64,000 nt of DNA, taken from assembly GCF_028368995.1 (NCBI RefSeq), contig NZ_JAQNDL010000003.1:1984001-2048000 (forward strand), written 5' to 3'. Under the pieces are notes generated by a model. The model did no database searches. It worked only from the letters and a program-made list of their open reading frames with translations, and was not told the origin of the DNA. Made by a program: the position numbers and the translations under genes. Positions 1 through 12,858 of this stretch are shown here, piece after piece. This stretch comes from Nannocystis bainbridge. GTDB lineage: Bacteria > Myxococcota_A > Polyangia > Nannocystales > Nannocystaceae. Within the stretch, counting starts at the first letter, position 1; the number at the start of each line of letters is the position of its first letter.

Positions 1-1124
1 CCGGCGACGTCGCGCAGCGGCAGCTGGCGCAGGCTGCGTTCGGCCAGCGGGCGGGTCGGCTCGCCCTCGAAATCGAGGATCGACCACGCCCCGGACTCCG
101 GATCGTAGAGCGTCTGGCCCAGGTGGTAATCGCCGTGGATCCGGATCTGCACCCCGGCCGCCGTGCGCAGGCGCTCCTCCGCGTCGGCCAGCAGCGCCTC
201 GCTGCGGGTCGCCACCACCTCCGCCAGCGCGCGCAGCTCCGGCTGCAGCCCGCGGTAGCGCTGGCCCAGGCGTCCGAGCGCCGCCGCGGCGGTCTGGCGC
301 AGGCCCACCACCCAGCGGGCCCGGTCGGCCTGCACGATCGCCCGCGTCGCCATCCCGCTCGCCTCGTCGTCGGTCGTCAGCGCCTCGTGCATCGCCCGCG
401 TCGCCGCCCCGAGCGCTCGCGCCGGGCCGGTCATGTCGGCGCAGGCGAGCGCGTGGGCCCAGCCGTCGACGCGCCCGGGCAAAAACCCGTGCAGCACCCC
501 GGCTGCGGCTGCGCCCTCGCCTGTGTCGACCGTCAGCTCGGCCAGCAGCGGCGGCGCGTGCGGGAAGCCGCGCGCGGTGAGGAAGCGGCCGAGCTCGAGC
601 TCCGGGTGGCGGCCGACCTCGATGCGGCGGAACAGCTTGAACACCCCGGCTTCGCCGAGCACCGCCGCGGTGTTGCTCTGCTCGCCGCCGATCAGCCGCA
701 CGCTCGTCGGCGCCGCCGCGTCCTTCAGGCCCGCCGACGCGCGCGCGGTCCAGCGCGCACTCTGACCTGCGAAGCTCGCGCCGTCGCGCAGGCCGGCCGC
801 GAGGGCCAGCAGCGCCTCGGGCGCGTCGCTGGCCTCCACCAATTCGACCCCGCCGCCGAGCTCGATGCTGCGCTTCGGGACATGTCCTTCAGGACCTGTC
901 CCTTCCGACATCTGCGCGCGCAGCAGCACCTGCGTGGTCCACGGCCGCTCGGCCTCGGCGGCCAGCAGGCACAGCGCCGCGTCTTCGCCGAGCTTGGCTG
1001 CGCCGACCAGCTTGACCGCGCGGGCGCCGGCGGGGAACCACCGGCGGCCGGCGAGGAAGCCCAGCCATGTCTCGGAGGACAGCCCGGCCAGGGCCGCCAG
1101 GTCGAGCGCCGGGCTGGCCGTCAC
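1..1124 (-). CDS. mak: Maltokinase (Mak/Pep2 family), 3' end runs off the window
   Basis: Not in the ORF track; translated by hand. GTG at 1124 overlaps the treS stop (GTGA). N-terminus has '[11 protein letters not shown]'; C-terminal part has the '[10 protein letters not shown]...ILDFEGEP...PLRDVA' kinase-like motifs of maltokinases. Lies directly downstream of treS. Confidence 0.85.
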   Translation of the reverse strand, partial: MTASPALDLAALAGLSSETWLGFLAGRRWFPAGARAVKLVGAAKLGEDAALCLLAAEAERPWTTQVLLRAQMSEGTGPEGHVPKRSIELGGGVELVEASDAPEALLALAAGLRDGASFAGQSARWTARASAGLKDAAAPTSVRLIGGEQSNTAAVLGEAGVFKLFRRIEVGRHPELELGRFLTARGFPHAPPLLAELTVDTGEGAAAAGVLHGFLPGRVDGWAHALACADMTGPARALGAATRAMHEALTTDDEASGMATRAIVQADRARWVVGLRQTAAAALGRLGQRYRGLQPELRALAEVVATRSEALLADAEERLRTAAGVQIRIHGDYHLGQTLYDPESGAWSILDFEGEPTRPLAERSLRQLPLRDVA

Positions 1125-2788
1125 GGGCCCTCCGGGGCCCGCTCGGGCGCTTGCAGCGAGAACCAGAAGAACGCGTGCGGCGACATCGTCAGCAGGTACG
1201 GCAGCTGGCCGATGCGGGGGAACGGCCGGTCGCTCCACAGCTCGACCGGGGTCCAGCCGTCGAGCGCCTGCAGGTCGAGCTCGGCGAACTGGGCGAAGCG
1301 CGACAGGTTGTGCACGCACAGCAGCAGCTCGTCGCCCATGCGGCGGAAGAACGCCAGGACCGCGCGGTTCTCCGGGTAGAGCGCCTCGAAGCTGCCGCCG
1401 CCGAACGCCTGGAAGCGCCGGCGCACGCGGACCAGCCGGCGCATCCAGCGGAGCAGCGACGTCCCGGTCCGCTCCTGCGCGTCGACGTTGATGTCCGAGA
1501 AGCTGTACGGCGGGTCGACCAACACCGGCGCGAACAGGGCCGCGCTGTCGGCCCGCGAGAACCCGGCGTTGCGGTCGGCGCTCCACTGCATCGGCGTGCG
1601 CACCCCGTTGCGGTCGCCGAGGAAGATGTTGTCGCCCATCCCGAGCTCGTCGCCGTAGTAGATGATCGGCGTGCCCGGCATCGCCATCAGCAGCGCGCTC
1701 ATCAGCTCGATCTGCCGCCGGCCGTTGTCCATCAGCGGCGCCAGCCGGCGGCGGATGCCGATGTTGATGCGCATCCGCGGGTCGCGGGCGTACTCGCGGT
1801 ACATGTAGTCGCGCTCCTCGTCGGTCACCATCTCGAGCGTCAGCTCGTCGTGGTTGCGGAGGAACATCGCCCACTGCGAGTTCTCGGGGATCGGGGGCGT
1901 GCGCGCCAGGATCTCGACGATCGGCGTGCGGTCCTCGCGGCGCAGCGCCATGTACATGCGCGGCATCAGCGGGAAGTGGAACGCCATGTGGCACTCCGGC
2001 TCGACGTCGGTGCCGAAGTACGGCAGCACGTCCTCGGGCCATTGATTGGCCTCGGCGAGGAACACCCGCCCGGGGAACTCGGCGTCGAGCGCGGCCCGCA
2101 TCTCTCGCAGCACCGCGTGGGTCTCCGGCAGGTTCTCGCAGCTGGTGCCCTCGCGCTCGCACAGGTACGGCACCGCGTCGAGGCGCAGGCCGTCGACCCC
2201 GAGCGCGAGCCAGAAGCGCATGACGTCGGTCAGCAGCTTGCGCACCGTCGGGTTGTCGAAGTTGAGGTCGGGCTGGTGGCTGAAGAAGCGGTGCCAGTAG
2301 AACTGGCCGGCCAGCGGGTCCCAGGCCCAGTTCGAGTTCTCGGTGTCGGTGAAGATGATGCGCGCCCCGGCGTAGCGGGTCGGGTCGTCGCTCCACACAT
2401 AGAGGTCGCGCTCGGGCGAGTCCTTGGGCGCCCGCCGAGCCCGCTGGAACCACGGGTGCTGGTCGGACGTGTGGTTGATGACGAGCTCGGTGATGACCTT
2501 GAGCCCGCGCAGGTGCGCCTCGGCGAGGAAGCGCTTGAAGTCCTCCATCGTCCCGTAGCGCGGGTTGATCGACTCGTAGTCGGCGATGTCGTAGCCGTCG
2601 TCCTTGAGCGGCGACGGGTAGAACGGCAGCAGCCACAGGCACGTCACCCCGAGCTCGGCCAAATAGTCGAGCTTGGCGGTCAGCCCCGGGAAGTCACCGT
2701 ATCCGTCGCCGTCGCTGTCGTGGAACGACTTGACGTGGAGCTGGTAGATGATCGCGTGCTTATACCAGAGCGGTTCGTTTTCGCTCAT
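1121..2788 (-). CDS. treS: Trehalose synthase / maltose alpha-D-glucosyltransferase (GH13)
   Basis: '[27 protein letters not shown]', '[11 protein letters not shown]', '[10 protein letters not shown]', '[18 protein letters not shown]', 'RTPMQWS'. The ATG at 2788 overlaps the glgE stop (ATGA). Confidence 0.96.
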   Translation of the reverse strand: MSENEPLWYKHAIIYQLHVKSFHDSDGDGYGDFPGLTAKLDYLAELGVTCLWLLPFYPSPLKDDGYDIADYESINPRYGTMEDFKRFLAEAHLRGLKVITELVINHTSDQHPWFQRARRAPKDSPERDLYVWSDDPTRYAGARIIFTDTENSNWAWDPLAGQFYWHRFFSHQPDLNFDNPTVRKLLTDVMRFWLALGVDGLRLDAVPYLCEREGTSCENLPETHAVLREMRAALDAEFPGRVFLAEANQWPEDVLPYFGTDVEPECHMAFHFPLMPRMYMALRREDRTPIVEILARTPPIPENSQWAMFLRNHDELTLEMVTDEERDYMYREYARDPRMRINIGIRRRLAPLMDNGRRQIELMSALLMAMPGTPIIYYGDELGMGDNIFLGDRNGVRTPMQWSADRNAGFSRADSAALFAPVLVDPPYSFSDINVDAQERTGTSLLRWMRRLVRVRRRFQAFGGGSFEALYPENRAVLAFFRRMGDELLLCVHNLSRFAQFAELDLQALDGWTPVELWSDRPFPRIGQLPYLLTMSPHAFFWFSLQAPERAPEGP

Positions 2789-4779
2789 GTGACCTCCACG
2801 TCGATGTAATTGCGCACCAGTCGGAACAGGTGCCCGGGTTGTGTCACGGGATCGAGGCGAACGTAGTTCCGGCTGCCTCTCCACTCGTAGCGCGCGCCGC
2901 TGACCAGGTCCTCGACGAGGTAGGGCTCGTCGGCGGCGATCCCGAGGGCCTCGAGGGGCACCTCGACCCACCCGTCCTGCTCCTGCGACCAGTCACAGTT
3001 GATCGTGACCAGCACGTCGCCGACTGGCCCCGGCGCGCGCTTGAGGTAGAAGAGGATGTTGGGGTTGTCGCAGGGGTAGAAGGTCAGGTTGTCGTAGCGC
3101 TGCAGCGCCGGGTGCTCGCGCCGCACACGGTTGAGCTGGGTGATCTCGGCGGCCAGGCTGCCGGCGACCGTGTAGTCGCGGTGGCGCAGCTCGTACTTCT
3201 CCGAGTCGAGGTACTCCTCCGAGCCGGCGCGCAGCGGCGTGTTCTCGCCGAGCTCGTAGCCGCTGTAGATGCCGTAGGTCGGCGCCAGCGTGGTCGCCAG
3301 CAGCAGGCGGATCCGGAACGCCGGCAGCCCGCCCCTCTGCAGGTGCTCGGGCAGGATGTCCGGCGTGTTGATGAAGAAGTTGCCGCGGTAGTACTCCTTC
3401 ATCGGCCCCTGCGTCAGCTCGGTGAAGTACTCCTTGAGCTCCTCGGCCGTCGTGCGCCACGTGAAGTACGTGTACGACTGCGTGAACCCGGCCTTGGCCA
3501 GCCAGCGCATGCGCTTGGGCCGGGTGAACGCCTCGGCCAGGAACAGCACGTCGGGGTGCTGCTGCTGGACCTCGGCGATCAGCCACTCCCAGAACGCCAG
3601 CGCCTTGGTGTGCGGGTTGTCGACGCGGAAGATCGTCACCCCGTGCGCGACCCAGAACAGGACGATGTCCTTGCACGCCTGCCACAGCGCCTCGCGGTCC
3701 TCGCACCAGAAATCCAGCGGGTAGATGTCCTGGTACTTCTTCGGCGGGTTCTCGGCGTACTTGATGGTGCCGTCGGGGCGGACGAAGAACCACTCGGGGT
3801 GCTCCTTCAGCCACGGGTGGTCGGGCGAGCACTGCAGCGCGTAGTCGAGGGCGATCTCGAGGCCGAGGCTCTTCGCCGTGCGGGCGAAGCGGTCCCACTC
3901 GGCCAGCGTGCCGAGCTCCGGCGCGACCGCGGTGTGACCCCCGGCCTCGCCGCCGATCGCCCACGGGCTGCCGACGTCGCCGGCCTCCGCGGTGAGGCTG
4001 TTGTTCTTGCCCTTGCGCGAGGCCAGGCCGATCGGGTGGATCGGCGGCAGGTAGACCACGTCGAAGCCCATCGCGGCGACGCGGTAGAGCGCCCGCTCGG
4101 CGTCGGCGAAGCGGCCGTGCACGCCCGGCTCGCCGCACGAGCGCGGGAAGAACTCGTACCAGCCGCCGAAGCGGGCCCGCGCGCGGTCGACCCGGACCGG
4201 GAACACCCGCGGGAACTCGGTGCGGTCGTCGGGTGCGAGGTGCAGCGCCATCAGCGCGCGCAGCTCCGCGTTCTGCGCCGTGACCGCTCGCTCGGCTGGC
4301 CCGCGCTCGGGGTCGCGTAATTCGTCGGCGAGCCGCATGAGCAAGCTCCGGTCGGCCTGGCCCGCGGCGCGCGCGGCGGCGTCCACCATCACCGCACCCT
4401 CGAGCAGCTCGGAGTGGATCGCCTGCCCGGCGGCGAACTTCTTCTCGAGCTCGACGCGCCAGGTCGTGAAGCGATCGGTCCACGCCTCGACGGCGAACGC
4501 CCACGCGCCGGTGCGGTCGAGCGCGATGCGAGCGAACCACCGGTCGCTGTCGTAATCGTAACGGAGCGGCGTGTGGTGCCACGCGCCATCAGGGCCGCAC
4601 CAGCGCACCTGCGCGGCCAGACGGTCGTGGCCGTCCTTGAAGATGTCGGCCTCGACCACCAGCGTGTCGCCGACGACGCGCTTGATCGCGTGACGACCGT
4701 CGTCGAGCGCCGGCGACACGGCCTCGATGATGATCCGTTCAGGGGTTCGGGATGGGGAGCGGACGGCGTTCGATGGCAC
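2785..4779 (-). CDS. glgE: Alpha-1,4-glucan:maltose-1-phosphate maltosyltransferase
   Basis: 'WYEFFPRS', 'YLPPIHPIG', 'GSPWAIG', 'QCSPDHPW', '[14 protein letters not shown]', 'FRVDNPHTK', 'FLAEAFT', 'NTPDILP'. Start uncertain; GTG at 4779 chosen because the ATG at 4836 overlaps the divergent gene's start. Confidence 0.95.
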   Translation of the reverse strand: MPSNAVRSPSRTPERIIIEAVSPALDDGRHAIKRVVGDTLVVEADIFKDGHDRLAAQVRWCGPDGAWHHTPLRYDYDSDRWFARIALDRTGAWAFAVEAWTDRFTTWRVELEKKFAAGQAIHSELLEGAVMVDAAARAAGQADRSLLMRLADELRDPERGPAERAVTAQNAELRALMALHLAPDDRTEFPRVFPVRVDRARARFGGWYEFFPRSCGEPGVHGRFADAERALYRVAAMGFDVVYLPPIHPIGLASRKGKNNSLTAEAGDVGSPWAIGGEAGGHTAVAPELGTLAEWDRFARTAKSLGLEIALDYALQCSPDHPWLKEHPEWFFVRPDGTIKYAENPPKKYQDIYPLDFWCEDREALWQACKDIVLFWVAHGVTIFRVDNPHTKALAFWEWLIAEVQQQHPDVLFLAEAFTRPKRMRWLAKAGFTQSYTYFTWRTTAEELKEYFTELTQGPMKEYYRGNFFINTPDILPEHLQRGGLPAFRIRLLLATTLAPTYGIYSGYELGENTPLRAGSEEYLDSEKYELRHRDYTVAGSLAAEITQLNRVRREHPALQRYDNLTFYPCDNPNILFYLKRAPGPVGDVLVTINCDWSQEQDGWVEVPLEALGIAADEPYLVEDLVSGARYEWRGSRNYVRLDPVTQPGHLFRLVRNYIDVEVT

Positions 4780-4834
4780 GGCGGAGGTCGGGAGGCGAGT
4801 TGCCCGCGGGGGATGTAAGCGCAAACTCGGGACC

Positions 4835-6994
<2,160 letters not shown>

Positions 6995-7239
6995 GCCGCG
7001 CCGCGGCTGTCCGAAAGGACAGATTTTTCGCCGCCGAGGCATGAGATGGCCCCCGCGACATGTCTCCGGGGACATGTCCTCCCGCGCCGGCCCGCCGCTC
7101 CCGCCGCCCACCTCGGGGGCGCCGCGGGGGCCGACCCGCGGCCGGGAGGGCCGACGAGGCGCGAGGAGATCGCCCGCGACCCGACGTGCGCTGGATCGCC
7201 AGCCCGCCGCCGCTTCTTCTTAATGGAGAAAGACGGACA

Positions 7240-7750
7240 GGAGAAATGCCCGCCGGGCAGGCGACGATTCGCCGGTCGACGCCCAACCCTCCGCGGGTCA
7301 TCCGAAGGTTCGACAATCGCCGCCCGGCGACGATTCCCCCGCCCGGCCCGCCCGGGCGCGTGCGGACCGTCCCCGCGGCCCGACGCGCCGGCTGGCCACG
7401 ATTCGCGGTCACCCCGTCCGAACCCGCCGGCGACCCTCGCCGCCCCGGCGGGCGAAGATTCGCCGTACGCCGCCCCGTACGGCCCGCCCGAGCGCGCCCG
7501 AGCCTCGGCGAAGATCACCCGCCCGGGCCGGCGACGGCTCGCTGCGCACGCCACCCGTCCGCGCCGCTCCGGCGCCGGCCCTCCCGAGAATCACCGCCGC
7601 GCACGCCGCCCGCTCCGAACATCGAACCTGCCCGGAATCACCGCCCCGGGCCGGCGACGATTGGCCACCACGCCGCCCCCTTCCGCCCGCCCGACGCATC
7701 CCGGGCCGCCCCGAAAATCACCCACCGACGCCTGCCACGAATCGCCGTCC
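7240..7750. repeat. Degenerate intergenic repeat cluster (AATCRCC...GGCGACGATT imperfect inverted-repeat units)
   Basis: CGATTC/AGATTC with GATTC at 7266, 7332, 7400, 7457; RATCRCC at about 7512, 7588, 7635, 7715, 7739; 'CCCGGGCCGGCGACG' at about 7522 and 7645. No credible ORF in this 1.1 kb gap. Confidence 0.55.
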
Positions 7751-8101
7751 GAACCACGTGACGACCGGCCGGCCAGCGCTCGCGCGGGCGTCACCCCTCT
7801 CTTGCGGCCGGAATGCGAATTTGCCGGCGACCCGGCCTCCTGCGAGCAATTGCCAGCGAGACGCTGTGCGCAGTCGACCCCGTTCGCGGACCCGGCGCCG
7901 GCCGGGCGAGCCTCGACTTCGACAAACCGCGGCGCGCCCTCGCTGATTTCCTGACGGACGTGCAATCGATAGAGCGGGCTCGGCCGACCTGCCGCGCTCG
8001 TCGCTGCGCGCCGACCTTGATGCAATGCAATGCGAGCGCAAGCCGCTCCGCGTCGGCGACGCTCGCGCTCGCTGGGCGGTTGCGCTAAAACCCGCTCGCT
8101 C

Positions 8102-10546
8102 GTGAACTCGCGCGACCTCCCCGCGCCTGCGCGCCCGCGGCTGTTGCAGCCGCCGCCTCCGCCGCCGCGGATCCCCTGGCTATGGGTGATCGTGTTTGCG
8201 ATCGGCCTCGGCGTCGGCGCGCGCTGGTACGTCGACCGCGGCCAGGCTGCCAGCCTCGACGCCGCCCAGGTCCTCATCGCCCGCGGCGGCCTCACCGACT
8301 TGCACGCCGCCGTCGACAACTTTTTGAACATGTCCTCTCGGACACCTTGCATCCGCACCGCCGAGGCGCTGGTGCGGGCCCAGGCCGCCGCCGAGTACGA
8401 CGACGACCGCGAGGGCGCGCGCGCGGCGATCGGCCGCGCCGAGCCCGAGCGGGCCCTGTGCAGCGACCTCGCCATCGCCGACGGTTTGCTCGCCCTCGCC
8501 GACGGCGACCTCGACGCCGCCGGGGCCGCCGTCACTGCCCCGACCACCTCGCTGTCGCGCCCCGGGCGGGCCTGGCTGCAGGGCACCCTCGCGCTCGCCG
8601 GTCGCGGCGAGCAGGCCGCCGCCATCGCCGAGATCGAGGCCACGATCGCCGCCCAGCCGGCCGCGATCGCCCCGCGGCGGGCCCTCGTGTGGCTGTACTT
8701 CGAGGCAGGTGAATTCGGCGGCGCGCTGCAGACCCTGGCCCGCGCGCGCACGGCCGGCCTCGCCCACCTCGGCCTCGCCGCCGACGAGGCGCTGCTGCAC
8801 GCGCTGCTCCGGCGCGAGCTCAGCGGCGTCGCCGACCTCGCCGATCAGCTGCTCGCGCTCGATCCCGCCGCGCTCGGCCCCCGCGACCTCGCCCACGCCG
8901 CGCTCGCGCGGGCGCTCGTCCACGTGCACGGCGGCGAGCCTGCGGCCGGCCTCGGGCGCGCCGCCGCGGCCTGGCCCTCGCTGGCCCCGTGGGACGCCCA
9001 CGCCCGCCGGCTCGCGCTCGAGCTGTCCCTCGAGGCAGGTGATGCCGAGCGCGCGCGCGAGCTGCTGGCCCAGCTCGGCGTGCCCGAGCCCGAGGCCTCG
9101 ATCGTGCGCGCCTGGTCGCTGCTGGCCGAGGGCGACGTCATGGCCAGCCTCGTCGCCCTGTCGGCCTGCCCGCAGGACCACCCGCGCGTCGCCTACCTGC
9201 AGGGCCTCGCGCTCGTCGAGCAGCGCCGGTTCCCCGAGGCCGAGCCCTGGCTCGAGCGGGCCGATCGCATGCTGCCGGGCCGCGTCGAGGTCGAGGTCGC
9301 GCGCGCCCGCGTCACCGTGCACACCGGCGACGTCGCCACCGCCCAGCGCAAGCTCGAGGGCATCGCCGCCGCCGAGCACTACGCCCCGCGCGCCTACACC
9401 GGCCTCGGCGAGGCCTATCTGTCTCTCGGGGCAGATTCGAAGGACCTGCGCGCCGCCCAGCGGGCCCTCACCCGCGCCGTCGAGAAGGAGCCGCGCCCTG
9501 CCGAGGCCATGCTGCTGCTCGGCGAGGTGTGGCAGCGGCGCCGGCTCAAGGTCCCCGAGGCCGAGCGCAACGCCCTCGCCTGGTACGAGCAGGCCGCCGC
9601 CGCCGGCCTCCGCCTGCCGCGCTACCGCGAGGCCCTGGCCCGCTACCTCGGCGACCTCGGCGAGGGCGCGCGCGCCGAGGCGATGCTGCGCGAGCTGTCC
9701 CAAGAGCCAGGCATCGATCCGACCACCCCGCTCGACCTGCTCGCCCTCGCCCTCGCCCGCGCCGACGCCCAGGGCGCCGCCGTCCCCGCCGAGGCCGACG
9801 AATGGCTGGCCGCCGCCGTCAAGCTCGGGGCCGACGCCGACGCCCTGACCCGCGCTCGCGCCCGCCTCAACCTGGCCCGAGGGACAGGTCTCGCCCGGTC
9901 TGCCAGCGACCTCGAGAAGCTGCTGCGCCGCAAGCCTTACGACATCGACGCGCGGATCCTCGCCGCTCGCGTCCTCGTCGCCCAGCGCGACCTCGAGGCC
10001 GCCGAGACCCTCGTCCGCCAGGGCTTCTACGCCGCCGAGCCCGGGCGCGACGAGGTCGCCACCGGCCGCCTCTTCATCGCCTGGGGCGAGATCGCCATCA
10101 AGCAGCGCAAGCGCAAGCAGGCCGCCCTGCACGCCCGCGCCGGCTTCCACCGCATGCTCGGCGAACAGCGGCCCACCATCGAATTGCTGGCCGCCGTCGA
10201 GTTCGCCACCGACATCTTCCTCCGCACCGAGCAGCACAAGATCGCCCTCGGTATGACCCGCCAGCTCACCGAGGCCCTCCCGTTCCACGGCGACGCCTGG
10301 CGCCTGCACGCCCGCGCGCTGTACGACGAGGGCGAGAACCCCAAGTCGGCCACCCGCGCCGTCCTCAAGGCCCTCGAGCTCGACCCCGACAACGTCCGCG
10401 CCCTCGAGCTCCGCGCCCACGTCGCCGCCCGCGCGGGCGACCGCACCACCGCCCGCGAAGCCCTGGCCCGCGCGCTCGAGCTCGAGACCCGCGAGCCCGA
10501 CCGCCAGCGCATGCGCGAGTTCCACCGCCGCCACCTCGGCGAGTGA
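8102..10546 (+). CDS. Membrane-anchored tetratricopeptide-repeat protein
   Basis: N-terminal TM helix 'WLWVIVFAIGLGVGA' followed by Ala/Leu-rich TPR-like repeats ('ALELDPDNVRAL', 'AYTGLGEAYL'). High GC3. Start (GTG 8102) uncertain. Confidence 0.75.
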   Translation: MNSRDLPAPARPRLLQPPPPPPRIPWLWVIVFAIGLGVGARWYVDRGQAASLDAAQVLIARGGLTDLHAAVDNFLNMSSRTPCIRTAEALVRAQAAAEYDDDREGARAAIGRAEPERALCSDLAIADGLLALADGDLDAAGAAVTAPTTSLSRPGRAWLQGTLALAGRGEQAAAIAEIEATIAAQPAAIAPRRALVWLYFEAGEFGGALQTLARARTAGLAHLGLAADEALLHALLRRELSGVADLADQLLALDPAALGPRDLAHAALARALVHVHGGEPAAGLGRAAAAWPSLAPWDAHARRLALELSLEAGDAERARELLAQLGVPEPEASIVRAWSLLAEGDVMASLVALSACPQDHPRVAYLQGLALVEQRRFPEAEPWLERADRMLPGRVEVEVARARVTVHTGDVATAQRKLEGIAAAEHYAPRAYTGLGEAYLSLGADSKDLRAAQRALTRAVEKEPRPAEAMLLLGEVWQRRRLKVPEAERNALAWYEQAAAAGLRLPRYREALARYLGDLGEGARAEAMLRELSQEPGIDPTTPLDLLALALARADAQGAAVPAEADEWLAAAVKLGADADALTRARARLNLARGTGLARSASDLEKLLRRKPYDIDARILAARVLVAQRDLEAAETLVRQGFYAAEPGRDEVATGRLFIAWGEIAIKQRKRKQAALHARAGFHRMLGEQRPTIELLAAVEFATDIFLRTEQHKIALGMTRQLTEALPFHGDAWRLHARALYDEGENPKSATRAVLKALELDPDNVRALELRAHVAARAGDRTTAREALARALELETREPDRQRMREFHRRHLGE

Positions 10547-10637
10547 CGGCAACGAGCCACCCTGGACCGAGGGCAAGATCGACAATGTCTCGCGCGGTGA
10601 GAGCCTTCGGGGTCCACTTGCGAATCGAGTGGTCCCG

Positions 10638-11048
10638 TCACTTACCCAGGCAGGAAGCGTCGAGCCGACGGTTGAAGTTCTGCTCACACCAGAACTCAGC
10701 GTCACGCTCGCAGTCACTCTCGGCGGAATTGTCACCGAATTCATAATGGTCCTGGGAGACGTAGTAGTAGTCGTCCATGCCCCTGCACATGGCGAGGCAG
10801 TACCCATACGCATGGATGTCGGGACGCCGCCCACGACGCCCACCTCCGTCGAAGAGGCAGCTCCCCTCCTGCAACTCGTCCAGGTTTGGACGGACCTCGC
10901 CAACGAGCGTGCTCGGACCAAGCTCCGGGATCGAGCGTTCGTCTGCGGCCGCTTGGCCGCGCATGAACAGCACCCCACCAGCGATGATGGCGAAGGCGCC
11001 GATGATTGCGCCGTGGGACAGTCGAATGCGCCTCTTCAAGCTCTGCAT
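10638..11048 (-). CDS. Small secreted or membrane-anchored Cys-rich hypothetical protein
   Basis: GAGGTG RBS before ATG 11048; basic N-terminus plus hydrophobic stretch ending '...AAA-DE'; six Cys in the mature part; lower GC than flanks. Confidence 0.6.
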   Translation of the reverse strand: MQSLKRRIRLSHGAIIGAFAIIAGGVLFMRGQAAADERSIPELGPSTLVGEVRPNLDELQEGSCLFDGGGRRGRRPDIHAYGYCLAMCRGMDDYYYVSQDHYEFGDNSAESDCERDAEFWCEQNFNRRLDASCLGK

Positions 11049-11881
11049 TTTCCGTTCACCTCTCGCCGAAGGGTTGGTCTTCGGTCGACGGTCCACAGCA
11101 TGGCGCGGGACCTTCGGGCGTCAACCGAACGACCGCAAACCTGGCGACGGGAATCCTACTCTGATTTGGGTAACGCCGCCTGCGTGGCCGTTGCGTCGGC
11201 TTCGCCTCACGCGATGAGACCGCCGAGCTCGGGCGGCGGCACCCAGCCGTATGTCGGCGACGGCCCCCGCCCGGTTGCGGTGGCAGGTCGTTTGTGATGC
11301 ACATCGTGCGGAGATTACACCCTTGCCGTTACTTCGAGTTCAACCGCTCGAACCTCGATTCACCGACGCCGCAATGGCCCGGGCGACCCACCTCGGTTTA
11401 CCGCTGGAGGCACCGGTGGCCGAGTTCGCCCTGCAGGTGGGCCCGCAGGGCCGCAGTCGCAGGGGCTCGGCGCGCAGGCGCCCGGAGCATTGCGGGTCGA
11501 CTTCGTCGGGGGGCCGGGGCCATCGTCGCGGCGATCGTCCGCGTGGAGGTCGAGCAGGCGCAAACGCTATTGCTCGAGCTCACGCTCGCCTCGCGCAACC
11601 TGCGAACCCGGGCCCTCGGCACCGAGCTGTTGTCCGACGCCACCGTCTATTTGCTGGCGACCATGACCGGCGCCGCGGCGCTCGACGCTGTGCTGCGCCC
11701 CCGCCGCATCATTCGCCCGAGGCCCTGATCACGTCGCTGGCCGACATCGTCCACAGGGTACACCGCGGACAAGTATGAATCCTTCATGCCGAGCATGATC
11801 AATCGCTGACCTGCGAAGGTCCAGGTAAGAGATCCGCCACAATACAGGGCGTCGCACAGCCCGGAACATTTGGAGGAGACC

Positions 11882-12173
11882 ATGGAGCGATGCCCTCGGA
11901 CGGCTTCAAGCTTGGCACGGCTCCAACTGCAATGGCTCCTGGGAGCATGCCCATGGGGTTCGTATCGACACCATCGACAATCCGGGATGGAGCGTCAAAA
12001 TCGACCTTCAGGGCACCCCTCTGCTCGCAAGAGACCTTCGCCCCGTGGTCATCGATCGCAGCGACGGCGACTGGGTTCGTTGCGATGTCGCCAATGGAAT
12101 TTTCCAGGGATGGGGAGGCACCACGAACTTGACGGAGATCCTGGATATTTTCTTGCGATGGGCGGACGCCTGA
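11882..12173 (+). pseudogene. Immunity protein 53 (Imm53)-like gene, frameshifted right after its start codon
   Basis: Hand translation from 11886: 'SDALGRLQAWHGSNCNGSWEHAHGVRIDTIDNPGWSVKIDLQGT...GDWVRCDVANGIFQGWGGTTNLTEILDIFLRWADA*', matching the Imm53 pattern WEH..G..I.T.DNPGW. The GGAGGAG RBS + ATG at 11882 is one base out of frame (ATGgAGC). Confidence 0.8.
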
Positions 12174-12300
12174 TATCATCCGCGTCGATCGTCCGCAGAG
12201 CAGCGACGCCATCGCCAAGTAGATCACAAACTCAGGCTCGAGAAGCTCGATACGCGCCGACCTGGGATGACCACGGAAGCCACCACAAGGAAGAAGTAAC

Positions 12301-12777
12301 ATGGACGCCATTTGCAGCCTGTTTCTCTCGCCCTTCACGCCCGCACCTGGCCTGTCCGTGGTCACGACACGGGACTGGGGAGGTACGGAGGTGCTGATCG
12401 AGCCTCCCGAGTACATATGGGGCGGATTCAAGATGTATCCCGATGTGCTCCCCCAGCACTTACTTCGGAAGTTGCCCTGGATCTCGCAAACCCCTGGCGT
12501 GTGCCTCTCGATCCCACACGAATGGCTGCGCCAATTTCAATCGAGTCTGATCAACCCTGAAGCCACCTACGAACACGACCTCGCGGCGTTCCTCCGTCTG
12601 CAATGCAACTCGGAGAGTGCATGGGCCATCGTGTTCCTCGCCCATGCCGAGGATTACGACGGGATTTTTGAAGAAACCATCGATAGCGCCATCGAGCGAC
12701 TGACGCAGAGCGTTTCTTTGGACGGCGGCCTGATCGGCTTCGTGAGCCACCATCGAAACTCGACCCAAGGACGCTGA
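12301..12777 (+). CDS. Hypothetical protein, possible orphan immunity protein
   Basis: 158-aa ORF with low GC3, purine-rich RBS (AAGGAAG), co-oriented after the Imm53-like gene. No family recognised. Confidence 0.55.
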   Translation: MDAICSLFLSPFTPAPGLSVVTTRDWGGTEVLIEPPEYIWGGFKMYPDVLPQHLLRKLPWISQTPGVCLSIPHEWLRQFQSSLINPEATYEHDLAAFLRLQCNSESAWAIVFLAHAEDYDGIFEETIDSAIERLTQSVSLDGGLIGFVSHHRNSTQGR

Positions 12778-12858
12778 CCGAAGCCCCCGCAAACCCTGAA
12801 CGAGCAGGGCAAGGCGAGCCCGCGCAGGCCCAAGCCTGCGCAGGCTCCGAGCGCACCC

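Noticed and set aside
7007-7022. LexA/SOS box (CTGT-N8-ACAG) or p53-like half-site (RRRCATGYYY) reading of the dispersed motif
   Set aside because: Some copies fit these patterns formally, but most read ATGT rather than CTGT and lie at gene 3' ends or inside genes rather than at promoters. The myxobacterial LexA box is, as I recall, different, so the match is treated as coincidence.
11251-11778. Possible gene or pseudogene fragments in the islet
   Set aside because: Short protein-like patches in two frames but no recognisable family or consistent frame; cannot be supported.
12174-12300. Toxin C-terminal remnant ahead of the second islet gene
   Set aside because: Only very short open stretches without a nuclease or other toxin motif.
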